Origin: Octopus sinensis
Lineage: Eukaryota
Length of the DNA: 64,000 nt
Direction: 5' to 3'
Assembly: GCF_006345805.1 (NCBI RefSeq)
Contig: NC_043024.1
Location: 3,348,001 to 3,412,000, forward strand
Shown: piece after piece, positions 38,290 through 52,199 of the stretch
How the letters are laid out: each line of letters begins with the position of its first letter
How positions within the stretch are numbered: the stretch's first letter is position 1
The notes under the pieces: model-generated
Databases searched by the model: none
Told to the model about the DNA's origin: nothing
What the model saw: only the letters and a program-made list of their open reading frames with translations
Made by a program: the position numbers and the translations under genes

Positions 38290-39899
38290 GTTTGAAAAGA
38301 TTTTTATAATATTTTAATTTAAATTGTAGTGTCATTGTTTTTTTTTTGTGTGTGTGTGTTGGGGGTGGGAGGGATTCCTTTATCAGAATGTGGTCAGTCG
38401 AAGAAAACTTGTCTGTAGTTAAGGGCGTATGACAGTATCAAAAATATTATACAAGTTGGTCAGAAGCCCTCTAGATTTTCCAGCCCTAAGCTTTAGCCTA
38501 ATAAGTCTTGCTGAGCCTGCTTCCCTGTGCATGTGTGCTTGAGTCTGTCTGTTCGTATGAGTTTTTGTGTGTATGCATGTGTATCTATATTTATTTAGCA
38601 TGACGTGATTCCAACTCACAATGTCTTTATTCCTTAATAAGAATAAGATAGAGGCCTACTCAAGTGCATATGCATATGCTTTATGAGATATGTAGACCAC
38701 AATCACTTAATTACATAAGGAGGAGTCGGAGGTGCCAATAGTAGAGGAGTCGGAGTCAAAGTTTTTGTTTCAACTCCACAGTCCTGGTTAAGTTGAATAG
38801 TGGGAAGATAGGCAAGCCTATAGGTAGGTAAGTTGAATGATAGACTGGTAGGCAGGTACATAAGTAGTATGGACAGACACACACATGACCATACAAACAC
38901 TCTACACACAGACATGGATACATGCACAGAAACTTACACACACAGACACATGCACGCATGCAAACTGAAGTACACACACATACATACACAAACATGCACA
39001 CACAGAGACACATGAATACACAGACGTGTACACACATGCATACATACATATGCAAGCACATATACACACACACACACACACAAATGCATGCAACAAGGTC
39101 TCAAGTAGACAAATGCGGCCTCCATAATGGACTGAATCAAAAGTCATTGAAAAGGTTGCAAGTTGCAATGAAAGAGCTTTGACAAACAAAAGCAAAACAA
39201 ATGACTCACTGTTTAACCAAATTAAACAAACAAACGATTAGTTTGTTGCATATTTAATCAGTTGACAAATAATAAAAGAGTGGAGTTGAACCAGTGTGTG
39301 TGTTAATTATATTGGCATAAGGACACTTCCTAGATGCAACAAAATTTGTTTCAACACACAAATTCACATAAAGAATCTTGCAAACTGGGTACAAAAAGGA
39401 TTTTAAATAAAGTTTGTATCATAAAGCCAAGGGTGGTTCCGGGTGGGTTGGCACCAAAAGGAGTAAACATAAGTGCTATTTATTTCATCTTCACTTTAAC
39501 TTTATTATTATTGTTTTTAGTTTATTTGCCAAAGTTCTTTCACCACACATCCTGTGACCCCTTCAGAGACTTTCTGTCCCACATGCTTCCTCTTGTCCTG
39601 CTTATTCCATTCTGTCTTGTCAAATAAATCAGCATTGAATTGTGGATGCCACATAAGTGCTGCCAGAACATCTGATATCCACTCCGCAACAACTACATCA
39701 GCAATGTTGCTTCTATAGCAGTTAGGGGCCTGCAGGCCACAAGCAGACCAGGGGACTTTCTGAGCAGCATGCCAGTGAAAATTTACCTTGAATTTTATAG
39801 AAATGCGATCTGCTTGATGACATGCCTTGTCTTGTGGCTTGCTTTCTCATAAAAGGTCACCTAGCCTGCTCTATAGCAATTCCTCTCTCTAATTTCCAG

Positions 39900-40012
39900 G
39901 TTGACTGTCATAGCTGAAGGAGGAATCCGAGCCCTCAATGAGTTTTTTAATCAATTTACAGACGATTTTTTGCATTTCTCAGAAACATTAATGCATAAAT
40001 CATCATTGTTCG
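39900..40012 (+). CDS. ANAPC5: ANAPC5 coding exon 3
   Basis: TTCCAG acceptor. LTVIAEGGIRALNEFFNQFTDDFLHFSETLMHKSSLFG vs human IKLMAEGELKDMEQFFDDL...HKTSVVG. Donor G|GTAAGT. Confidence 0.88.
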
Positions 40013-42628
40013 GTAAGTTTGAAAAAAATTAGTTTTTGTTTGTTTTTGTTTTGTCCTTCCTGTATCCATCTCCACTCCCATTCCATGCTCCAAAGGTGGT
40101 GATTGTTTCATTTAATGATTGTTTAAAACGTAACCTATGTACATTAACATACGCATGCATTGAATTCTTTTGTGGTCGTTTTCATCATTGTCATCATCAC
40201 CATCCTTATCAATCACGTCATCTTTATTCACATCATTTCTATTTTCATCCACTATAACCTTTCAACATCTGACAAGGTCACCTCCTCCCGTTTCTTCTCA
40301 AATGATTTTTGTCTTGTAAGTTACTTGGTGACCCTTTCAGTGCAAGTGCCACTTAAAAAGCACTCAGTCCACACTGTAAAGTGGTTGGCATTTGGGAGGG
40401 CATCCAGCTGTAAAAACCTTGCCAAAACTGACCTCACCTGTGCTTGTGCCATGTAAAAAGCACTCAGTCCACTCTGCTGGGTGATGGTGTTAGGAAGGAC
40501 ACCCAGTTATAAAAATCCTGCCGAAACAGTCACAGAAGTCTGGTGCAGGCTTCTACCTGGCTGGCTCCTGTCAGACCGTCCTACCCTTGCCAGCATGGAA
40601 GGTGGACGTTAAACGATGATGTTGATGATGATGATGATGATTCCTACAGGCTTGTCCTTTACAGGTTCCAATGCCATGTAAAATGTACTCATGCTGGTGC
40701 TGACTAAATGCACCCTGCACACTCTGTAGAGTATTTGGCATTAGGAAGGGCATCCAACCATAGAAACCAGGCCACAACAGAAAACTGGAGTTTTAACAGC
40801 TCTCTGGTTGGCCTATCTAACCCATACTGGTATGGAAAACAGACGTTAGATGACGACGACAACAATGATGATGATGATCATGCTGAACATTGCCATGTTC
40901 TTAATTATCATTGTCTTCTAATCACTTCATACTCTCTTTCACTCTTTTACTTGTGTCAGTCTTTTTGACTGTGGCCATACTGGAGTACCACTTTTAGTTG
41001 AACAAATTGACCCCAGGACTTATTCTTTGTAAGCCTAGTACTTATTCTATCGGTCTCTTTTGCTGAACCGCTAAGTTACGGGGATGTAAACACACCAGCA
41101 TCTTTTGTGAAAAAATGTTGCGGAGGACAAACATAAACACATGCACACACACACACACACACACACATACACACACACACGTACATACATATATATGACA
41201 GGCTTCTTTCAGTTTCCGTCTACCAAATCCACACACAAGGCTTTGGTCGGCCCGAGGCTATAATAGAAGACACTTGCCCAAGGTGCCACGCAGTGGGACT
41301 GAACCCAGAACCATGTGGTTGGTAAGCAAGCTATTTACTACACAGCCACTCCTGCGCCTATAAAATCTTCAATTTTAACATGTATTCCATCTTTAGCACG
41401 ATTCTCACCAGATTCATCATCATCTTTATCATCATTATCACCATCATCATCTTCATTATTGCCTGCTATCTTTCCTAAGCTGACAAAAGTATAAGTTCGG
41501 GAACTGCAAACAAAAACCGTTAGACTATTGGAGGAGATGCTTTGTACTTTTTGTTCTGGGTTCAAATCCTGCCAGGGTCTACCTAGATGGCAAACTTAAA
41601 CTTTAACCCTGTTTAACATCGTCACCTGAACCTGTGGGTCTTTATTTGAGCCATGTCTCCAGTTTGAAGATAATGTCTTTCCCTCACTTTCTCCTTTCCT
41701 CCTGTCCACCTGTCTTGGAGGCCCTGAAAGAGATCACGAGTAGCTCCTTTTTCTCATGCCCTAACAATAATGTAAAAAATCTCAGACTGTTAATAATAAT
41801 AATAATGCTTGGGGAAAATGCTACGGTAATAGCAATAATGTGTTTCTTTTAAAGATAATTTATTTATATTATGATAATGGGTTTACATTAATTATAAAGG
41901 AAAGTCGTTGGTACTAGGAAATGCATCTAGCTGTAAAAATTGTGCCAAAGTAGACAGTGGAGCTTGGCATAGTCCTTTGGCTTACCAACTCTTGTCAAAC
42001 CATCCAACCCATGGATGATGGATGTTAAATAAAGATGATGATAATGTCATCATCATCATCGTTTAACATCCGCTTTCCATGCTGGCATAGGCTGGATGGC
42101 TTGACTGAGGACTGGCAAGCTAGTCAGTTGCACCAGGCTCCAATCTGATCTGGCAAGGTTTCTACAGCTGGATGCCCTTCCTAACACCAACCACTTTGAG
42201 AGTGTAGTGGGTGCTTTTTACATGCCACTGGCACAGGAGCCAGTCGGCACTGGCATCGACCACGTTCAGATGATACTTTTTATGTGCCACCAGCATGGGT
42301 GCCAGTCAGGGGGCACTGGCATCGGCCTCATTCGATGGTGCTTTTTACGTGCCACCAGCATGACTTATATTAATTACAATAATGTATTATATTAAGTGGA
42401 GTATTAAACCAGTTAGCTGGCAGAATTGTTAGCATGCTGGATAAAATGGTTTGTGTTCTGAGTTCAAATACTGCTGAGCTTTGACTTTGCCTTTCGTCTT
42501 TAAAGGGTTGATAAAATAAGCACCAGTTAAGCTCAAGTCTAAGTAATTGACTCTCTCCTTCCTCAAAAATTACCGACCTTGTGTCAAAATTAGAAATTAT
42601 TAATTAACTGGATTAATTAACATTTCAG

Positions 42629-42794
42629 GTCTGTTCGCCCGGAGGATGATGGTAACTTTCAACATGTTATCGTTGAGTGAAGTGGTCAACATATTCAACC
42701 GTTTTCATGCTGAAATGATGAGTATTACTGCTGATAAAGAGAAAAATTGTAGAGACTCAGTTGGTCCGGACGATGCTTTCGGTCAGGGCAAGAC
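42629..42794 (+). CDS. ANAPC5: ANAPC5 coding exon 4
   Basis: TTTCAG acceptor. GLFARRMMVTFNMLSLSEVVNIF vs human GLFLRHMILAYSKLSFSQVFKLY. Donor AC|GTTAGT gives the phase needed for exon 5; the 3' end is less certain. Confidence 0.82.
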
Positions 42795-43116
42795 GTTAGT
42801 ATTGATTGCAGTAACACAGATTGGAATATCTGTCCTTGTTGTGTAGAGGATGGTTTCTGGGTGTTGTGTGGTGGAGATATTGTAACTTGAATGTGTATTT
42901 GTGGATACGTAAAAAGAACTAGGGTGACACGAGAAAAGCACTGGTGATGGTGCCACATAAAAAGCACCTAGTATGCACTGTAAAGTGGTTGGCATGAGGA
43001 AGGGCATCCAGCTGTAGAAACCAAGCCAAATCAGACTTTGTACCTGTTGTGGCACCTGGCCTTACCAGATCCTATCAAGCCATCCAACCCATGCCAGAAT
43101 GGAAAATTAACCTTAA

Positions 43117-43323
43117 CCCTTTAGCATTCAGATTACTCTGTCAAATGTAATGCTTTTTTATTCACATTGTTTTGAATTAATTTTGCATTATCTTGTAAAC
43201 TTGAGATTTCAATGATGCTATTGCATATTTTTAGAATGACACTGTAGGGTAGGTGTGTGTGAGTGGCTGGTTGAAGTAGGTAGAATATTTGGGCTGGATA
43301 TGACTGGTTTAAATGCTAAAGGG
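43117..43323. mobile_element. Second TTAA-type MITE family (representative copy)
   Basis: TTAACCCTTTAGCATTCAGA...AAATGCTAAAGGGTTA. Other copies at about 2978-3183, 8005-8200, 32780-33000, 61460-61666 and 62500-62600. Confidence 0.75.
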
Positions 43324-43723
43324 TTATAGGATGATGATGATGATGATGATGGTGTGTGGTGGTAGTAGTCTGGCCATGTTTTGTAGCAATTGTAACATGG
43401 ATGCTTGTGTGTGTGTGCATGTGCAAGCACGCATGCAGACTGTGTTGTGGGTGTTCAGTGTAACCATGTGCGAGTATGTATGTGTACATGTGTGCATTTG
43501 TGTGAATGTTGTGTGGTGGTGGGAGTGTAGTGTGGATGTGTTGCATGGCTGGAGTAAAGTGCAGCCAGGTTATGTGATGGTGTTGGTGATAGTGATGGCA
43601 GTGTGGCCCAGAGTGGGGAGAATGGAAATGGAGGGGCAGGCTGGGATCAAGGTGTGAAGTGTGTGTGTGAGAGCTTCATATATTCCTGCCTAACCAAGCG
43701 TTTATATTTCTTGCCCACAACAG

Positions 43724-43784
43724 ACAACCACCCCCTGTGACGTATAAATCTCAAAAACAGGCAGAATATTACATAGCCAACCAG
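43724..43784 (+). CDS. ANAPC5: ANAPC5 coding exon 5
   Basis: QPPPVTYKSQKQAEYYIANQ vs human GPLSQKQAEFFLSQQ. CAG acceptor, donor CAG|GTGAGT. Confidence 0.88.
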
Positions 43785-44408
43785 GTGAGTGTTTTTATTT
43801 CTTGGATTTTTTTAATGCTTTTTATGCTCTGTGTTTTTGTTTTACTGCCAGCTTCATTGCTATTGTCTTCAGCCCAGGTAGAAAGCATCCTCCATAATGT
43901 TCACTTCCAGTCATAGAATATCTATAAAACACTTAGTGTGGACTGGATGCTTTTTGTGTGGTACCAAATACTGGCAGGGTCACCAAGTAACATGCAAGTA
44001 TATATTCTTTTATTTGTTTCAGTCATTTGACTGCGGCCATGCTGGAGCACCGCCTTTAATCAAACAAATCGACCCTAGGACTTATTCTTTGTAAACTTAG
44101 TACTTATTCTATTGGTCTCTTTTGTGGAACTACTAAGTTACAGGGACGTAAACACACCAACATCGGTTGTCAAGCACTGATTGGAGGCCAAACACAGACA
44201 GACAGACACACACACATGTATAAATCCGATGGGTTTCTTTCAGTTTCTGTCTGCCAAATCTACTCTCAAGGCATTGGTCGGCCTGAGTCCATAGTAGAAG
44301 ACACTTGCCCAGGGCACCATGTAGTGGGACTGAACCCGGAACCATGTGGTTGGTAAGCAAGCTACATACCACACAGCCACAATATGTGTGTGTGTGTGTG
44401 TGTATATG

Positions 44409-44445
<37 letters not shown>

Positions 44446-46179
44446 TTTCTCAAGATGGCTACATATTTTTTGTACCATCTCTCTAACTTAACCCTTGCTT
44501 GTTCTGTCTATGTTTCATGTTGGCTAAATATTTTTCATACTCTTATTCCTTCCCAGTGACTATGGCTTCTGGTGCTCTGTCTGCTACTCATTGCTATTGT
44601 CTTCAGCCCAGGTAGAAAGCGCCCTCCATAATGTCCACTTCCGGTCATAGCATATCTATAAAACACTTTACTTACATGTTTTCCTCTCTGTTTTTCACGC
44701 AATTCATCCAACATAGACGCTTCTTGGATGCCCAGTTATGCATTGCTAAACTAAGATATTCGCTTTTTTTTCGATTTTTTTCACGCATTAATTCGCCATT
44801 CGCTATAAATACTTTTATTCATCATTATCATCATTTAACGTCCCCTTTCCATGCTAGCATGGGTTGGACGATTTGACTGAGGACTGGCGAACCAGATGGC
44901 TGCACCAGGCTCAAATCTGATCTGGCAGAGTTTCCACAGTTGGATGCCCTTCCTAATGCCAACCACTCTGTGAGTGTAGTGGGTGCTTTTATGTGCCCCT
45001 AGCACAAGGGCCAGTCAAGTGGTACTGGCAATGGCCACGCTCAAGTGGTGTTTTTTACGTGCCACCTGCGCAGGAGCCAGTCCAGCGGCACTGGCAACGA
45101 CCTTGCTCGAATGTTTTTCACGTGCCAGTGAGGCAGCGCTGGCAATGATCCCGTTTGAATGGTGCTTTTTATGTTCCACTGGCACGGAAGCCAGTCAGCT
45201 GCTCTGGCAGCGATCATGCTCAGATGGTGCTCTTAGCGTTCCACTAGCATGGGTGCCAGTCATCAAATTTGCGAATTTGATTTGATTTTGATTATTTACT
45301 AATATCTACTATCGTAAGCTAATTATTTAAATTGACTCTTCAATATATCACTTCCTAATCTCCCTCTCTCAGCCTTTGTTTCACCATAATTCTTCATGCA
45401 ATTTTCTAAATGTAGTCTCTCCTTCCTTCCTGTGTTCTCAAGTTGGCTTCATAGCTTTTTTATACCATCTCTCTAAATTAACCCTTGCTTGTTCACGGTG
45501 CACTCACCCATTCCCAGCCCCACCACCAATACCGGATATCTCTCTCTCTTCTCCCTCCATTATTGGATATCTTTCTTCTCCCACCACCATCACCATATAT
45601 ATCTCTTCTATCACCGGAAACCACCTCCCTCACTAGTGGTATCCTCTACCATACCTGCAATCTCCTCTCTCTCTCCCAGGACAAATGCAACTAGTTTAGC
45701 TGCTCACCTACTTAATCGGCTATCTTTTGTTTTGACTCAAAATTTGTCAACAAACTACTCGGTAATTTCCATGGACGTATTGAAGTAGAAAGAGAAAGCT
45801 AATGGGCTGTACGTGCGTACTTGATCCTCTGTGTGTGTGTATGGGCGTACTTGTTCCTCTCTTCTCTCACTGGTGGTATCCTCTATCATACTTGCAATCT
45901 CCTCTCCCCCTCTCTCTCCTGGGACAAATGCAACTAGTTTAGCTGCCCACCTTCTTAATCTAACATTGGTATATTGATATTGATATTCTCCTTTAACTAT
46001 CTTTATTGATTTACTTGTATCTGCAACACCAGTAATGCTTAAATTTACGTTTTTACGATGTCTGTAATGCTTATACTTACAATGCCACTAACACCTTCTC
46101 CTACCCTCTGTAGGAGCAACAATCTTAACATGCTTGAAGTTTGAATGTCGACAGATTGGAAGTGAGAACAAGTGTAGTA

Positions 46180-47490
46180 TGTCTATCAAACAAACACAAA
46201 AAGGTACATAGGTATAAAATCTTCTGGGAAGGTAACAGTGATGGAGTAGGGGGTGTAGGCATACTCCTCATGGAGAAATGGGTGGATAAGGTCATAGAGG
46301 TAGTCAGGGTAAGTGATAGAGTGCTTAAGCTCAGGCTAGTCCTGCAGAATAGTATAGCTACAATTATCTCTGCCTACGCCCACAAGCTGGCCTATGAAAC
46401 AGTCAGAAGAACCACTTTTATGATACCCTTCTACAAGCTACCTTAAAGACAAGCGGTAATGACTGCAGCTGGAGATTTTAATGGGCATGTCGAACTGCAA
46501 TCCGGTATCTTCCATGGTGTTCATGGGGGCCATGGAATTGGTTTCCGAAATGAAGTGACCAAGTCTGTAGTGGGGGTGGATGCTCGGAGAGCATTGCCAC
46601 AAGAATAAGAATAGCCTAGGAAAAGTTCAGAAAGCCCCTGCCTCTACTGGTGACAAAGAGCCTCTCACTCAGAGTGAAAGGTAGATTGTATGATGCATGT
46701 GTGCGAACTGCCATGTTACATGGCAGTGAAGCATGGTCCATGACTGCTGAAGCCATGCATAGGCTTGAAAGAAATGAAGCTAGTATGATGCGCTGGATGT
46801 GTAATGTCAGTGTGCACACGACAGAGTGTAAGTGCCCCGAAAGAAATGTTGGACGTAAGAAGCATCAAATGTGGTGTACTGCGCTTGTATGGTCATGTGC
46901 TGCATATAGATGAGGAGAGCTGTGTGAAGAAGTGTCACTCCCTAACTGTGGAAGGAATCCATGGTAGAGGGAGACCCAGGAAGACATGGGATGAGGTGGT
47001 GAAAAATGACCTTCGGATATTGGGCCTCACAGAGGCAATGACGAAAGACCAAGACCTCTGGAGATATGCTGTAATTGAGAAGACGGCAAGTAAAGTGAGA
47101 TCACAGCCTTAGCCTACACCAGTGTTACATAACCAGCCCATTTAAAAAAAGTACCTTTGAATCATTGAGTGACATGCTGTGCTTGAGGAGACCTATTGAA
47201 TCAAGATAAGTCAAAATCAAATCACAATCAAATGGAAATTGTAGTTGTGGCCAATGCTAGTGCCACCTGACTGGCTCCCTGTGCCAGTGACATGTAAAAA
47301 GCACCATCCGAACATGGTCGATGCCAGCCCCTCTGCCCTGACTGGCTCCTGTGCTGGTAGCACATAAAAAGCATCCACTACACTCACAGAGTGGTTGGCG
47401 TTAGGAAGGGCATCCAGCTGTAGAAACATTGCTAGATCAGATTGGAGCCTGGTGTGGTCTCCTGGCTTGCCAGTCCCAGTTAAATGATGA
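46180..47490 (+). mobile_element. Internally deleted RTE-clade LINE (endonuclease fragment joined to C-terminus and 3' UTR)
   Basis: APE motifs GGVGILL..WVDKVIEV.RVSDR, IISAYA and AGDFNGHV. Then KGRLYDACVRTAMLHGSEAW, YGHVL and RGRPRKTW. 3' UTR ends in (GAT)n. Confidence 0.88.
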
Positions 47491-47579
47491 TGATGTATCT
47501 ATATGTGTGTGTTTATATATGTCTATATCTATATTATGTGTGTGTGTGTACATATATATGTGTGTGTGTGTGTATATGT

Positions 47580-50560
47580 ATAACGATAATGAAGATAACC
47601 CTAGAAGGGCCATTAACATATATACCCTTCCCTTTGACATTCAATTCTTCAACATATGTGACAAATCTTACAACATGAGCCAGATTTATCCAACAACATT
47701 ACCCTTCAACAAAAGGGTCTACATCCCAAGACATACTAATGACCATATGGAAGCACAGTTCACTATAGCTAGGACCAGACTTAGACAGATTTTAGAACTA
47801 TACACTAAGAGACAGAATAAGACAGAGGCCCAACAACTCGGGATTAAACCCGCATGTGGCCTACGTAAGCTCATTCAGCGCACGAGGAACGGAGAGGTGG
47901 TATACCTTCCCACAGATAAGTCCGGCAGGATGTCAATAGACAGCTTACCAAACTACATCCAGGCAATGCAACCTCATATCGCCAATACGAAAGTAACAAC
48001 TTTACAGGCGCATGAGGAGAGAGAAAAGGTCCTCAATGCCCACATGATGATGTGGACAATTGTTCTGGGACCCCAGAAATGCACAGCTAACAATTTCCAA
48101 GCCTGGAACAATGATATCTCGGCACTGTATGGATTTCGCAAGGACCATAAAGTAACCACTGACCCTATAGCAGGACTACCAACAAGACCAGTCTGTGGAG
48201 TGAATATCGCTAGCAACTACAGAATCTCCTACTTCCTCTCAATGATCATACGCCCTATAATCCGGATGTCACCTGATGTTTGTGACAGCACGGAAGATCT
48301 TCTCAGCAGGATCAATAACTGTAACAACACTTGCAACCTGACAGGATGTATGGTGGGTAGCATGGATGTAGTATCCCTATACCCATCGATCGACGTGGAT
48401 TTTGCGGTGGAGAAGTGCGTGGAGATGATCAACGAGAGCCAGGTGGAGTTCCGTAATGTCAACACAGAGGAACTGGGCCTCCTACTTAGACTGACATATG
48501 ACAATGAATACCTATATAAACATGATCTTAGTAGTTTCTGCCCCAGTAGACGTTTAAGAAGTAGACCACCCACAATTACTTCTATGGCTAGGAAGACCCA
48601 TATAGAGAGACAGAGCGGATGGACCAGAGCCATACGGAGCCCCGCAAATGTCCATCAGGTAAAGAAAATGATCGCACATGCACTAGGAGCTAGTATAAGA
48701 GTTACCCTAAAAGGCCACACGTTTAAGTTTAACAATAAAATATATGCCTAGGATGAGGGGGCAGCCATCGGCGTTAGTTTCTCTGGTGATGTGGCCAACC
48801 TTTTCATGGTATGGTGGGACAGAAGGCTTAAGGAACGCCTAACACAGAACTCCATACTTGTGAACATGTACTCTCGCTATGTTATCAACATAGTGGTAAA
48901 GGCACCCCCACAAGAGAGTACTGTTGAAATAGAAATAGAAACTAATACCATGGAGAGTATCCAGCAAATAGCTAACTCCATCCACAAGAGTATTAAGGTC
49001 ACAATAGACTACCCTACTAAACACCCCAACCATAGACTACCAGTACTAGACACAGAACTCTGGCTAGAAACTGTGAATAATAAAACCCAAATCCTTCATT
49101 TGTACTATGCCAAACCTATGGCCTCCAAATACTTGATCCACCGGAACTCAGCCATTGCGGACAATGCCAAATTCAATATTTTGATGGCAGACCTTGTCAG
49201 AATAATGAGAAATGTGTCCCGCATGTGCGAGCCTACAGAGTTAAAGAGGGACATACAACATTTCATTCACCGCATGCAGTTCTCAGGTTACAGCCATAAA
49301 GAAAGGATCAGAGTATACAAAGGAGCCATGAAGAAACTTGATAATATCTTATGTAATGATGGGAATGGGATTTGCCCACTCTATAGGAACAAGTCATGGA
49401 ACACTATGGAAAGGACAAAGAAGAAAATAGGGAAGGCCAACTCTTGGTATGATAGCCACAAATACCAGAGTGTCATGTTTGTTGACACCACCCCTGGAGG
49501 TGAACTGGCGTACCGCTTTAGAAGGACCCTAGACAAACTTAAGCTAAGGATTAAGGTTGTTGAAAAGCCAGGCAACCCTATCAAATCCATAATCAGTAGA
49601 ACCCCCTGTACGGATAGGTACTGTACTATGTGTAGATTTAGCCCACAAACAAACTGTAAAGCCAGAAATGTAGTCTATAGTATAAGATGTATAGAGGGAT
49701 GATGCAGTAACAAGACAACGACATACGTAGGGGAAACGGCAAGAAGCATAGGAGAGCGGGTAAATGCACATTGGAGAGAACTTAAGGAAGGAAAGAGCTC
49801 ATCTATTCTGTACCAACACGCCGAGCAGGAACACGGGGGATCAATCAACAACATAGAAGTTAAAATCTTGTCCACACATAGAACAGACGCAACAATCAGA
49901 CAAATTACGGAAGCTACACACATAATAGAAGATAAACCTAGCCTGAATAGGAAACTTGAATGGAACACTAGCACACACCACAACATATGACAGAAGAGGA
50001 TCCCCATAAACTGGTTACAATATAAACAAAACTGAAAACATAATAAAATGAAATACACTGATAAATAAACAAATGGAAGTATATAACTATATAGGTTTTT
50101 TTTATATTTAAAATTTTTTTATTTATTTAAAAAAATTTTTTTATTATTATTATTATGACTAGTATTGTTATACATACATACAAGCATACGTAATAATAAT
50201 GATAATAATAATAATAAGTGGATGTAAGCACATGAACAAGATAAGAAAAAACAAAAACAAATTACACGAACGTATATAAACAGAAGATACAAATATTACA
50301 GGCATCCCCCTCCCCCCACACACTAAATAAACATAGATGCACATAGAGATATAAGCATGCGCAAATGAAGACATACAATAGAAATACAAAATGGCTGATG
50401 GTTAGTAAGGAGAGAGACACAATTAAGTAAGAAGAAAGCAAAGGACCACTGATGCGGTCACAGGAGTGTGACGAAAAAACTCTGGCCAAAATAAGATTAA
50501 GATTAATTTAAAAAATAAATAACACTGAAGCAAAGTAACACCAAATATATAGTGCGTGTG
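47580..50560 (+). mobile_element. Penelope-like retroelement (RT plus C-terminal GIY-YIG), 5'-truncated and decayed
   Basis: One reading frame from about 47580 to 49990 with in-frame stops at 48749 and 49700. RT motifs DHK..PTRPV, SMDVVSLYPSID, GAAIG and LPVLD. GIY-YIG motif VVYSIRC...YVGETARSIGERVNAH...LNRKLEW. The catalytic DD is missing (YSRYV-INIV). Confidence 0.92.
50444..50487 (+). ncRNA. Degenerate minimal type I hammerhead ribozyme in the Penelope 3' region
   Basis: GACCA-CTGATGCG-GTCACA-GGAG-TGTGAC-GAAA-AAACTC-TGGCC. Stem I, core and a perfect stem II are present. The last A of CUGANGA is changed and stem III is broken. Confidence 0.6.
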
Positions 50561-50624
50561 TTTTTATTGGCTAAACTTGCAATATGACCATTCTGAAATA
50601 TAACAATATATATATATATTTATG

Positions 50625-50669
<45 letters not shown>

Positions 50670-50925
50670 ATGTATATATACATATATGTATGTATGTATA
50701 TATATAGATGTATACACATGCATGTTGGGCTTCTTTCAGTTTCTGACTTTATATCTATCAGATCCACTCACAAGGCTATTTATTGTAAAAGTCACTTGCC
50801 CAAGGTGCCATGTGGTGGGACTGAACCTGGAATCATGTGGTTTGGAAGCAAGCTTCTTACCACACAGCCACACCTATTGATTTTAATATTGTTTTCATTA
50901 TGTTTCCTTCATCTTCTCTGTTCAG

Positions 50926-51027
50926 GCATTCCTCATTCACCATAATGTCACTAAAGCTGCACCACCCAATGAATTACAAGAGCGGATCAGAAACTTACTT
51001 AAAGAGAATCCAAATTTAGCAGAAGCT
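50926..51027 (+). CDS. ANAPC5: ANAPC5 coding exon 6
   Basis: AFLIHHNVTKAAPPNELQERIRNLLKENPNLAEA vs human ASLLKNDETKALTPASLQKELNNLLKFNPDFAEA. TTCAG acceptor, GTAAGT donor. Confidence 0.92.
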
Positions 51028-51298
51028 GTAAGTATGGTTGTTTGTTTTACTTCTATTGTTCCGTGATAGCATGGGTTGGGTGAACACATTATTGAAATGT
51101 TATTTCGAAACCTGATATTCTTGCTGTTGCTAACTCTTACCTGTTTTTCAAGTAAGGGATCTCTTATTTCAGACATTTTCATGCTTAACTGCTAAATTAC
51201 AGTGATGTAAACACACCAACATTGATTGTCAAGCAGTGTTGTGTGTGTGTGTGGGGGGGGAGGGAACGCAGACACAGGACACACAAGCAGATGTATAT

Positions 51299-51336
<38 letters not shown>

Positions 51337-52199
51337 ATGAATATATGAATTTATATCCATTTCTATTCAACAGTTAATTACTTCTTTTCGTTTCTTCACC
51401 TACACATGTTTCTGCAGCAATTAACTATTGCACACTGCAAAATTTGCATCTTTATGTACCCTTATTGTTAGTTGTTACTTCTTCAGGGTGGATACAACCA
51501 CATTGTTCAGATAGAATCTAATTTAATGGAGTGTGCATTAGTTAATTGCTGCAGAAATGAAAAATAATTTACTGCTGAATAAAACTGGATATACACTGTG
51601 GCCATGCTGGAGCACTGCCTTTAGTCGAGCAAATCAACCCCAGGACTTATTCTTTGTAAGCCTAGTACTTATTCTGTCCGTCTCTTTTGCTGAACCGCTA
51701 AGTTACGGGGACATAAACACACCAGCATCGGTTGTCAAGTGATGTTGCGGGGGGCAAACACAGACACACAAACATATACACACACCCACTCACACACACA
51801 CATATATATAAATAAATAACCCCCCCACACACACACACATGATGGGCTTCTTTCAGTTTCTGTCTCCCAAATCCACTCACAAGGCTTTGGTGGCCTGAGG
51901 CTATAGTAGAAGACAATTGCCAAGTGCCCCACAGTGGGACTGAACCCAGAACCATGTGGCTGGGAAGCAAACTTCGTACCACATAACCATGCCTGCACCT
52001 ACTGTGTTTGTGTTAACATATTTAATGCAGGGATTATTAAAGATTTAACTAATGCTCCCTTGTTGTTGTTGTTGCTGCTGTCATTTAGCCTTGGGTGGGC
52101 TGTTATCAAGAATAGATGCACCTTCATTCATTTATCTGTGTTTTTATTGAGGTTTTGGTGAAGGTCATGACCTTTGATTCTCTTCTTCTTTATCCTCAG

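Noticed and set aside
38703-39195. Overlapping CV/HT-rich ORFs, and similar ones at 8826, 43313 and 50584
   Set aside because: Translations of (CA)n, (TA)n and (GA)n microsatellites.
47429-47580. N-terminal part of the 440-aa ORF
   Set aside because: Read-through of an RTE tail and TA/TG microsatellite, not part of the Penelope protein.
49700-49702. In-frame TGA next to Cys in the Penelope GIY-YIG region as selenocysteine (described for some PLEs)
   Set aside because: Both flanking cysteines are already present and CGA-to-TGA decay is simpler. The copy also has a TAG stop and no catalytic DD, and I identified no SECIS.
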